This document shows positions 1 to 7,198 of a stretch of DNA of 64,000 bases, one piece after another. A program made the position numbers and the translations under genes. The DNA comes from Chitinophagales bacterium (GTDB lineage: Bacteria; Bacteroidota; Bacteroidia; Chitinophagales; JADIYW01): assembly GCA_023957235.1 (NCBI GenBank), contig JAMLHI010000007.1:35738-99737 (forward strand). Reading direction: 5' to 3'. Below the pieces are notes generated by a model. It did no database searches. It was not told the origin of the DNA and saw nothing but the letters and a program-made list of their open reading frames with translations. Every line of letters begins with the position of its first letter. The stretch's first letter is position 1.

Positions 1-346
1 GTATCATGACAACATCCTTGCCTTCTGTATTGTATTTTACCCAAGCTGAAAACTCCTCTGGTCTTTCTTTATATGCAATTCCATTTCTTCCAATATTTGA
101 AAGAGCTAAAGCAGATGCAACTAAATCAGAACTGCCCTGTATAGCAACTGGCTTTAAAAATGCAGCATATTTGCCTGAATGTGCATCATTGCTTTTTGTA
201 CATGCTCCCAAGTCATTTAATTGATCTAATGACCACCATCCTGTAGGGTCTTCATTGGCCCATGATTCAAAATCTGGATTAGGCACTTGTGCTTTTAAAA
301 TAAATGCACATAATAAAATAGTAAAGAGTAAAAATTGCTTTTTCAT
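1..346 (-). CDS. Partial secreted protein that runs off the window start; N-terminus resembles Bacteroidota surface/T9SS-type carbohydrate-binding modules
   Basis: Hand-translated from ATG at 346: MKKQFLLFTILLCAFILKAQVPNPDFESWANEDPTGWWSLDQ..., open to base 1. Signal peptide followed by a PNxxFExW...PxGW motif. Not in the ORF track because it is truncated. Confidence 0.75.
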   Translation of the reverse strand, partial: MKKQFLLFTILLCAFILKAQVPNPDFESWANEDPTGWWSLDQLNDLGACTKSNDAHSGKYAAFLKPVAIQGSSDLVASALALSNIGRNGIAYKERPEEFSAWVKYNTEGKDVVMI

Positions 347-508
347 AATGTGAGTATAATTTATTTAAAATTAATATGGAAAAATGTTAAAAGCAATAGA
401 AGAGGTATATTATATTCAATATTTGTATATCGATTTATGATTGTAATTGTCCTTAAAATGGGATACATTATTTTAAGCAATCTTCTCTATCATTGTCTGA
501 ACTGTCAT

Positions 509-841
509 TTCTCAATACTTCTTTCCTGAATACCGTCATCTCGACCAAAGGGAGAGATCTCCTTTGGGAAAGCCTTTAATCTTAGAGATTTAGCTTCGCT
601 GATTTTCAATTCTCACTCCACTGCGTTGCGTTTCGAAATGACGGGACTATAAAACTTCTCAATACTTCTTTCATGAACATCGTCACTTCGACGATAGAAG
701 GAGTCTCTTTTAGGAACGCTGTTCATGAACACCGTCATCTCGACTATAGGAGGAGTCTCTTTTGGGATCGCTGTAAATCTTAGAGATTTAGCTCCGCTGA
801 TTTTCAATTCTCACTCCACTGCGTTGCGTCTCGATATGACG
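509..841. repeat. Cluster of CGTC-tagged palindromic (REP-like) elements with local duplication
   Basis: CGTCATCTCGA (534) ... TCGAAATGACG (ends 643) and CGTCATCTCGA (733) ... TCGATATGACG (ends 841) share a near-identical core of about 65 nt. A partial copy starts at 681. The lead-in TTCTCAATACTTCTTTC is repeated at 509 and 656. Confidence 0.85.
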
Positions 842-878
842 TTTTTAAAAGTTCGATATGCCCAAGATTTATTGACTG

Positions 879-1028
879 GACGGTGAGGCATGCTTATTGA
901 GCTTGCCGAAATACTCGAACCGTCATTTTGAAAGTAGTCATTTCGAGCATCTAGACAGGTGTTTCAGTGAGTTTATCGAACTGCTCGATGGCTAAGTCTC
1001 AATGACCGGAAAAGAACCTCAATGACCG
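879..1028. repeat. Nested imperfect palindromes of a TGAG...CGAA type plus a duplicated CTCAATGACCG
   Basis: GACGGTGAG...CTCGAACCGTC (879-924) encloses ATTGAGCTTGCCGAAAT (896-912). TCGAGCA...TGCTCGA (943-988) encloses CAGTGAGTTTATCGAACTG (965-983). CTCAATGACCG occurs at 998 and 1018. Confidence 0.6.
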
Positions 1029-1040
1029 ATCACACTTCTG

Positions 1041-2558
1041 CTATAATTTTTTAAATAGTCCTCCAAATTCCATCATTTTCATCAATTCAGAAACTTTAAT
1101 TTTGCCAGTCATAAAGGCTTCTTGAGGATTGATTTTTCCAGTTTTCACTGCGATATAGGTTTGGTCATCTGTTTCAACTATACAATCTACAGAAGTTGCA
1201 TCTAAGTTACTATTAGACTGAATCTCTAAATTTCCATTGTTGATGACTACTAAATAATTGATAGAATCAAATTTAAAGAGCATTTTTAGGTTTTTGTCTT
1301 TCGCCTTATCAGCCTTAAATCTTGAAGGTAAAGTTGAAAAAATACTATCTACCGAATCATAAATTGGCTGTTCTTTTGCATTGTTTGAAGTAGCTCTATC
1401 ATAATTAGTGTCTTCTATAACCATTTTGGCAATGATTTCACGCATGATTTCCGAAGTGCCACCACCAATAGTTCCAATCCTTGAATCACGAAAGGCTCTG
1501 GCTATTTTATAATCCTCCATATAGCCATATCCGCCGAAAAATTGTAATACTTGATAGGCTGTTTTGTCTGCTAATTCAGAAGCTAATAGTTTAGATATTG
1601 AGCTTTCTTTTACTGCATATTTTTTTTCATTATGCATTCTACAAGTTTGCAAAACATAGAATTTTGTAGCTTCTATTTCTGCAGCCAATTGAGCCACTCT
1701 ATGTCTTAATACTTGAAATTTATTAATCGGTCTCCCAAATGCTTCACGCTCACTCATATACTTGATACCATAGTCTAACATACCTTCGCAAGCTGAATAA
1801 CCCATTATCGAACCAGCCAAGCGCTCCAATTGCAATCCTCCCATCAAATAATAAAATCCTTTCCCTTCTTCTCCTAATAAATTTTTAGTAGGAATTTTTA
1901 CATTGTCAAAATGCAATTCAGCAGTATCAGATGCATGCCATCCTAATTTTTTGAGTTTATTTTTGGTAATACCCTCACTATTCAAATCTAAAACTAACAA
2001 ACTTACGCCCGCAGCTCCAGCACTTGGATTGGTTTTGCAAACCAATATCACAAAATGTCCATAAATACCATTGGTAATGAAAGTTTTACTTCCATTCACC
2101 ACATAATTATCTCCTTCTTTAATGGCTTTTGTCTGAATATTTTGAACATCGCTTCCTGCACCAGGTTCAGTGATTCCAATACAACCAATTTTATCACCAG
2201 CAATGGCGGGCCGCATAAATTCTTCTTTCAAATAATCACTGCCATGATGTAAAATATAAGGTGTACTCATACAAGTCTGAACTGCTGCTGTAATGGCTAA
2301 TCCACCAGAAAATACTTTAGATACTTCTTCTAACATCACAACGGTATAGAAAAAATCTAAATTGCTGCCACCGTATTCTTCTGGATAAGCTAATCCGAAA
2401 TAGCCCATTTCTCCGAACTTTTTCCAAAATTCACGCGGTATTTTACCCTCTTGTTCCCATTGGTCAATATGTGGTGTGGCTTCTTTTTCTAAAAAATCTT
2501 TTATAGATTTTCTGAATGTTTCATGGTCCTCGTTAAAGTAATAAGATAGTGCTGACAT
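1041..2558 (-). CDS. Acyl-CoA dehydrogenase (LCAD/AtuD-type) with C-terminal SCP2 sterol-carrier domain
   Basis: ITEPGAGSD, NGSKTFITNG, QLERL and IGGGTSEI motifs; C-terminal INPQEAFMTGKIKV is an SCP2 signature. Confidence 0.9.
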   Translation of the reverse strand: MSALSYYFNEDHETFRKSIKDFLEKEATPHIDQWEQEGKIPREFWKKFGEMGYFGLAYPEEYGGSNLDFFYTVVMLEEVSKVFSGGLAITAAVQTCMSTPYILHHGSDYLKEEFMRPAIAGDKIGCIGITEPGAGSDVQNIQTKAIKEGDNYVVNGSKTFITNGIYGHFVILVCKTNPSAGAAGVSLLVLDLNSEGITKNKLKKLGWHASDTAELHFDNVKIPTKNLLGEEGKGFYYLMGGLQLERLAGSIMGYSACEGMLDYGIKYMSEREAFGRPINKFQVLRHRVAQLAAEIEATKFYVLQTCRMHNEKKYAVKESSISKLLASELADKTAYQVLQFFGGYGYMEDYKIARAFRDSRIGTIGGGTSEIMREIIAKMVIEDTNYDRATSNNAKEQPIYDSVDSIFSTLPSRFKADKAKDKNLKMLFKFDSINYLVVINNGNLEIQSNSNLDATSVDCIVETDDQTYIAVKTGKINPQEAFMTGKIKVSELMKMMEFGGLFKKL

Positions 2559-2562
2559 GTTT

Positions 2563-2602
2563 AATTTAGTAATTTAATAATTTAACAATGAAGTGATTTA
2601 AG
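2563..2602. repeat. 8-bp-period tandem repeat downstream of the four-helix-bundle gene
   Basis: AATTTAGT AATTTAAT AATTTAAC AATGAAGT GATTTAAG; the last unit contains the gene's stop codon. Confidence 0.7.
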
Positions 2603-2957
2603 AATGATTACTTAATTTTTTTGATGTGCTAATAATTTTAGCTAATATTTTTCTGATTTCAAGGAGGTCGGCAATTAAATTATCACAATCAGGATAACTA
2701 TCAACTGCTTTACATATTTCTAACCAGTATTCTGTTTCTTCTAATTCTTTTAAAGCTATTTTTATTTTATGAATAAAATCGGATTTACTTTCTGCATTTT
2801 GTGCTTCTTTGATATTTGCACCGATAGATGTTCCAGATTTTAATAACTGTTTAGAAATAACATATTTTCTTTTCGTTTCTAATAATTCACAATACAAAAC
2901 GATTTGAACAGAAAAATTAAAAGTAAGTGTTAGAATAATATTTTCCTTTCTATCCAT
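2598..2957 (-). CDS. Four helix bundle protein (23S rRNA IVP / TIGR02436-like family)
   Basis: QLLKSGTSIGANIKEAQNAESKSDFIHKIKIALKELEETEYWLE is the family signature. Confidence 0.9.
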   Translation of the reverse strand: MDRKENIILTLTFNFSVQIVLYCELLETKRKYVISKQLLKSGTSIGANIKEAQNAESKSDFIHKIKIALKELEETEYWLEICKAVDSYPDCDNLIADLLEIRKILAKIISTSKKLSNHS

Positions 2958-3002
2958 TACTGAATTATTTCATTACTAAATTTCTTCATTAATGAATTAA
3001 AC
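2955..3002. repeat. 8-bp-period tandem repeat upstream of the four-helix-bundle gene, overlapping the ACAD 3' end
   Basis: CATTACTG AATTATTT CATTACTA AATTTCTT CATTAATG AATTAAAC. Confidence 0.65.
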
Positions 3003-4477
3003 TGCATCATTTTGCCTAAATCAGAAACTTTAACCTTTCCAGACATGAATGCTTCTTGTGGGTTTTGTTTTCCAGTCTCAATAGCAATATAAGTTTCTGT
3101 GTTCGTATTAATTATTAGGTCGTAAGTGTTATGCGTTTTTTCTTTTTGGACAGTCAAATTCCCATCTTTAATGATAAGCGAATAAAACAAATTGTTTTCA
3201 AATTCAAAAAGAATATCCATTTGTACACTTTCAGCTTTTTCCTTCTTCAATCTATCAGGCAAAGTCGCAAACAATTCTTCAATAGTAATGCTTTTTTGAG
3301 GAGAATTTTGATCTGTGGATTGATAACTTTTATCATCGATTACCATTTTTGCAATAATCTCACACATGATTTCAGATGTTCCTCCTCCAATTGTGCCTAA
3401 TCTAGAATCTCTGAAAAATCGAGCTGCTTTGTACTCTTCCATATAACCGTATCCACCAAACATTTGCAAACATTGATAAGCTAATTTATCTGATAATTCT
3501 GTTGCTAACAGTTTAGACATAGAAGCTTCTTTGACACAATATTTCTTCTCACTATGCATTTGACAAACCAAATAAGTATAAGTTTTAATGCTTTCTAATT
3601 CAGCACTCAATTGAGCAATTCTATGCCTTAAAACTTGAAATTTATTGATAGATTTTCCAAAAGCCTTACGTTCACTCATATATTGTAAAGTATATTGCAT
3701 CATTAATTCGGAAGAACTAATCGCACCCAACGACATCGTTAATCTTTCTAATTCAAACCGTTGCATGATATAATAAAACCCTTTATTCTCTTCACCTAAT
3801 AAATTTGTGATAGGAACTTCAACGTTATCGAAAGCAATTTCGGCGGTATCACTTGCACGCCAACCTAACTTATTCAAATTATTTCGACTTACACCTTTTT
3901 CATTTCCTTCTACCAATATCATAGAAATGCCACTTGCACCTTCGCCAGTTTTACAAGCGACAATCATAAAATCTGCTAAATAGCCATTCGTGATAAAACA
4001 TTTACTTCCATTGATGATATATTTATCGCCATGCTTCGTTGCGGTCGTTTTGATTCCTGCAACATCGCTCCCTGCGTGAGGTTCTGTGATAGCCAAACAG
4101 CCTACTATTTCTCCTGCAATAGCCTTCGCTAAATATTTATCTTTCAAATCTTTTGATGCTTCATATTTCATGTGAGAAAGTGCTAAATAGGGATGTGCAG
4201 AAACACTAGCACTAAAACCGCCACTCCAACATTTGGCGACTTCTTCAATAAATATCACATCATACCAGAAATCTAAATTGGAACCACCATATTCTTCTTC
4301 TTGAGTTAGTCCGAAGAAGCCCATTTCTCCAAATTTCTTATAGATTTCTCTTGGAACACAACCATCTTCTTCCCATTGCTCGACATGTGGTATAACAGAG
4401 GCATCTAAAAAATCTCTTAATGTTTTTCGGAATAGTTGATGTTCTTCGGTTAGGTAATATTGTTCTAATGCTGTCAT
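2957..4477 (-). CDS. Acyl-CoA dehydrogenase (LCAD/AtuD-type) with C-terminal SCP2 domain, paralog of 1041-2558
   Basis: AITEPHAGSD, NGSKCFITNG, ELERL and IGGGTSEI motifs; QNPQEAFMSGKVKV SCP2 motif. Confidence 0.9.
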   Translation of the reverse strand: MTALEQYYLTEEHQLFRKTLRDFLDASVIPHVEQWEEDGCVPREIYKKFGEMGFFGLTQEEEYGGSNLDFWYDVIFIEEVAKCWSGGFSASVSAHPYLALSHMKYEASKDLKDKYLAKAIAGEIVGCLAITEPHAGSDVAGIKTTATKHGDKYIINGSKCFITNGYLADFMIVACKTGEGASGISMILVEGNEKGVSRNNLNKLGWRASDTAEIAFDNVEVPITNLLGEENKGFYYIMQRFELERLTMSLGAISSSELMMQYTLQYMSERKAFGKSINKFQVLRHRIAQLSAELESIKTYTYLVCQMHSEKKYCVKEASMSKLLATELSDKLAYQCLQMFGGYGYMEEYKAARFFRDSRLGTIGGGTSEIMCEIIAKMVIDDKSYQSTDQNSPQKSITIEELFATLPDRLKKEKAESVQMDILFEFENNLFYSLIIKDGNLTVQKEKTHNTYDLIINTNTETYIAIETGKQNPQEAFMSGKVKVSDLGKMMQFNSLMKKFSNEIIQ

Positions 4478-4534
4478 ATTTTTATTTTTTTCTCTCTGAT
4501 ACTAAGAACACGAAGTTTTATAGTTTTAATTATC

Positions 4535-5401
4535 CTATTGATTTATCGTTTTTAAATTTAACATTTCTCTTGTTTCTGCAATACTTGCAATTTCTCTATC
4601 TAACATCCGTGCCAATTTTACGCCCCATTCTACACATTCACCATTTGACTTTGCCATTTCACCGTTGGGTAAATAAAAATTATCTTCCAAGCCTACACGA
4701 AAATTTCCACCCATAGTACAAGCGGTTGCTGCCAACTGCCATTGTTTTCTGCTAATGCCTATCACTTGCCAAAATGCACCTTCTGGCACTTGTTTGATTT
4801 GATGAATCAAGTTTTCTGTAGTAGCCGGAATCCCTCCAAGCACACCCATTACCAAACTATAACAAGCATTGTCAGGAATTAAGCCCATTTCACGAAGTGG
4901 TTCAACATTATAAATATGTCCAGTGTCAAAACATTCCATTTCTGGACAAATATTATTTTCATTCATCGTTTTGACCACTTTTATCATTGTATCAAATGAG
5001 TTTTCAAACACGGCGTTCCAATAAAATTGTTTTTGTTTTTTTGAAAAAATGGCATAGTTCATACTTCCCATATTGAATGCTGCCATATCTGGTTTAGTAA
5101 CTGGTAAATGCTTTATTCTCTCTTGAACTGAAAGTCCAATAGCACCAGTAGAAAAATTGATAATCACATCAGCAGAATGTTTGCGAACTTCCGCTTTTAT
5201 TTCTTCAAATACTTCAGTTCTCCAGCTTGGAATACCGTTATCTTCTCTTGCATGAATATGTACGATACTCGCACCGGCATCTACAGCACGTTTAGCTTCT
5301 TCACCAAGTTCTTTCGGTGTATAAGGAATTGCAGGACAATGTGCTCTGTTAGTAGCAGCACCTGTAAGCGCCGCACTTAATATTAGTTTTTTGTTTGTCA
5401 T
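4535..5401 (-). CDS. Beta-keto acid cleavage enzyme (BKACE / DUF849 / Kce family)
   Basis: AALTGA...IPYTP, Zn-binding HIH, FSTG, NMGSMN and RVGLEDN motifs. Confidence 0.9.
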   Translation of the reverse strand: MTNKKLILSAALTGAATNRAHCPAIPYTPKELGEEAKRAVDAGASIVHIHAREDNGIPSWRTEVFEEIKAEVRKHSADVIINFSTGAIGLSVQERIKHLPVTKPDMAAFNMGSMNYAIFSKKQKQFYWNAVFENSFDTMIKVVKTMNENNICPEMECFDTGHIYNVEPLREMGLIPDNACYSLVMGVLGGIPATTENLIHQIKQVPEGAFWQVIGISRKQWQLAATACTMGGNFRVGLEDNFYLPNGEMAKSNGECVEWGVKLARMLDREIASIAETREMLNLKTINQ

Positions 5402-5434
5402 GATATTATTTTATTTCTTCGTGTTTTTAATAAT

Positions 5435-6259
5435 TTATTCGCCTTTCCATTCAGGCTTTCGTTTTTCTTTGAATGCCAAAAGACCTTCTGTGGCATCTTT
5501 ACTTTTTAGGCAGTCCATCAACATTGAATGTAAATATTTATGTTTTTCTTCAGCATTTTTTGTTTTCATTTCTTGGAATGCTTTTAAACCTAAGCGTAAA
5601 GCAGTTGGCGATTGCTCTTTGATTTCTACAATTAATTCTTGTACTCTTGATGCTAAATTTTCTTCTTTCACAACTTCAGATACAATTCCAATTTCTTGAG
5701 CCTCTTTAGCATTTAAAATTTTTGCTCTTATACATAAATCTAATAGCTGTCTTGCTGACATTAAAGGCTCTAAAGTTGCCATTACTTGAAAAGGGAAAAT
5801 GCCTCTTTTTACTTCTGGCAAGCCAAATTTTGCAGACTCAACTGCAATAACGTGTGTGCAGCCGCCTATCATTAAAAAGCCACCAGCATATACATCAGCG
5901 TGTACTTGTGCGATACAAGGCTTGTGTAATCCATTGAATTCATCGCCTAACTTAATGACATCTTTAGGCATTGGAATTGTCGATGCTTTTTCAGCAATAT
6001 TTTCTCCAGCAAATGCTTTTAAATCGGCGCCAGCACAAAAAGTAAGTCCATTAGCTTTTAATACTACACACCAAATAGCATTGTTGTAATGCGCATAGGC
6101 TAATGCATAGGCAAGTTCATTGACTAAGAATAAATGAAATGCATTTCGTTTTTCAGGACGATTCAATGTTATGGTTAATACATTATCATTCTCTTCTACG
6201 ATGATATAAGCGAAGTTTTGTGATGTGAAATTGCTTGTTTGTTCTTGTGTGTATTGCAT
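5435..6259 (-). CDS. Enoyl-CoA hydratase/isomerase (crotonase)
   Basis: TLNRPEKRNA, FCAGADL, AGG, FGLPEVKRG and C-terminal EGLLAFKEKRKPEW. Confidence 0.9.
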   Translation of the reverse strand: MQYTQEQTSNFTSQNFAYIIVEENDNVLTITLNRPEKRNAFHLFLVNELAYALAYAHYNNAIWCVVLKANGLTFCAGADLKAFAGENIAEKASTIPMPKDVIKLGDEFNGLHKPCIAQVHADVYAGGFLMIGGCTHVIAVESAKFGLPEVKRGIFPFQVMATLEPLMSARQLLDLCIRAKILNAKEAQEIGIVSEVVKEENLASRVQELIVEIKEQSPTALRLGLKAFQEMKTKNAEEKHKYLHSMLMDCLKSKDATEGLLAFKEKRKPEWKGE

Positions 6260-6284
6260 TATGATTTATTGTTTTAATTTATCG

Positions 6285-6506
6285 TGTCATTCCTGCGAAA
6301 GCGGGAATCTCATTGTTCGTTGTTTATTTTCATGTGAGATTCCCTTTTGCAAGGGAATGACATTTTTTCTTAGTGTCATTCCAGCGAAAGCGGGAATCTT
6401 ATAGTGTTTTGTTTTAATTATTTTTCTTCTGTTTTTTCGTGTGAGATTCCCTTTTACAAGGGAATGACATTTTTTCTTAGTGTCATTTCCACGAAAGTGG
6501 GAATCT
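6285..6506. repeat. Left array of 26-bp palindromic REP-like repeats (A-B-A-B-A), consensus TGTC-ATTCC(N)-N8-GGGAAT-CT
   Basis: Forward copies at 6285, 6374 and 6481; inverted copies at 6337 and 6444; invariant 11-nt linker TTTTTTCTTAG. Confidence 0.95.
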
Positions 6507-6862
6507 CATTTTTTTATTGAGTAATATTTTTTAGTTTCTAAATAATCGATAACATCACTTTCAGAATACCAGTCTTTTGCTAAATCAATTCGTTCTTTGT
6601 TTATTGTGACAATCAATTCGTCTTTCCATTTTCTATTCCATTTTTTCAATTGTTTTTCTCTAAGTATAGCATCATTGATATCTTTAAATTCCTCATAGTA
6701 AATTAGTTTTTTTATTTTATATTTTTTAGTAAAAACAGAGCCATCACCTTGTTTGTGTTGTAAAATTCGATACCAGATGTTGCTTGTTACTCCAATGTAT
6801 ATGACATTTCCAAGATTGTTGGAAATAATATATATGCATGGTTGTTTTTTGTCTATTCTCAT
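6506..6862 (-). CDS. Stand-alone GIY-YIG nuclease family protein (UPF0213/YhbQ-like)
   Basis: CIYII...IYIGVTSN...R..QH...FTKKY...LIYYEEF...A..REKQLKKWNRKWK: both Tyr motifs plus the catalytic Arg and Glu are present. Confidence 0.9.
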   Translation of the reverse strand: MRIDKKQPCIYIISNNLGNVIYIGVTSNIWYRILQHKQGDGSVFTKKYKIKKLIYYEEFKDINDAILREKQLKKWNRKWKDELIVTINKERIDLAKDWYSESDVIDYLETKKYYSIKK

Positions 6863-6874
6863 TTTATATTTTTA

Positions 6875-7149
6875 TGTCATTCCAGTAAAGGTGGGAATCT
6901 TATTGTTTGTTGTATATTTTCATGTGAGATTCCCTTTTACAAGGGAATGACATTTTTTCTTAGTGTCATTCCAGCAAAGGTAGGAACCTTATTATTCGTT
7001 GTTTATTTTCATGTGAGATTCCTTTTTACAAGGGAATGACATTTTTTCTTAGTGTCATTCCAGCAAAGGTGGGAATCTCAATATATATTGTTTGTTTTAT
7101 TGTTCATTTATATTTTTTTCGTTGGATTCCCTTTTACAAGGGAATGACA
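6875..7149. repeat. Right array of 26-bp palindromic REP-like repeats (A-B-A-B-A-B), 89-bp period
   Basis: Forward copies at 6875, 6964 and 7053; inverted copies at 6927, 7016 and 7124; same linker as the left array. Confidence 0.95.
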
Positions 7150-7150
7150 T

Positions 7151-7198
7151 AATTATTTCATTATTTCATTATTTCATTCCTTCATTCCTTCATTATTC
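7151..7198. repeat. Orphan 8-bp tandem repeat
   Basis: AATTATTT CATTATTT CATTATTT CATTCCTT CATTCCTT CATTATTC; contains the carboxylase stop codon. Confidence 0.8.

Noticed and set aside
613-807. 64-aa ORF, and similarly the ORFs at 6753-6950, 6842-7039 and 7092-7280
   Set aside because: They lie over palindromic repeats or antisense to real genes, so they are translation artefacts of the repeats.
2598-2957. Four-helix-bundle gene as the Avd of a diversity-generating retroelement or as a 23S rRNA intervening sequence
   Set aside because: No reverse transcriptase, TR/VR pair or rRNA gene is present in the window.
6285-7149. CRISPR array interpretation of the 26-bp repeats
   Set aside because: Repeats alternate in orientation, spacers are near-identical to each other rather than unique, and there are no cas genes in the window.
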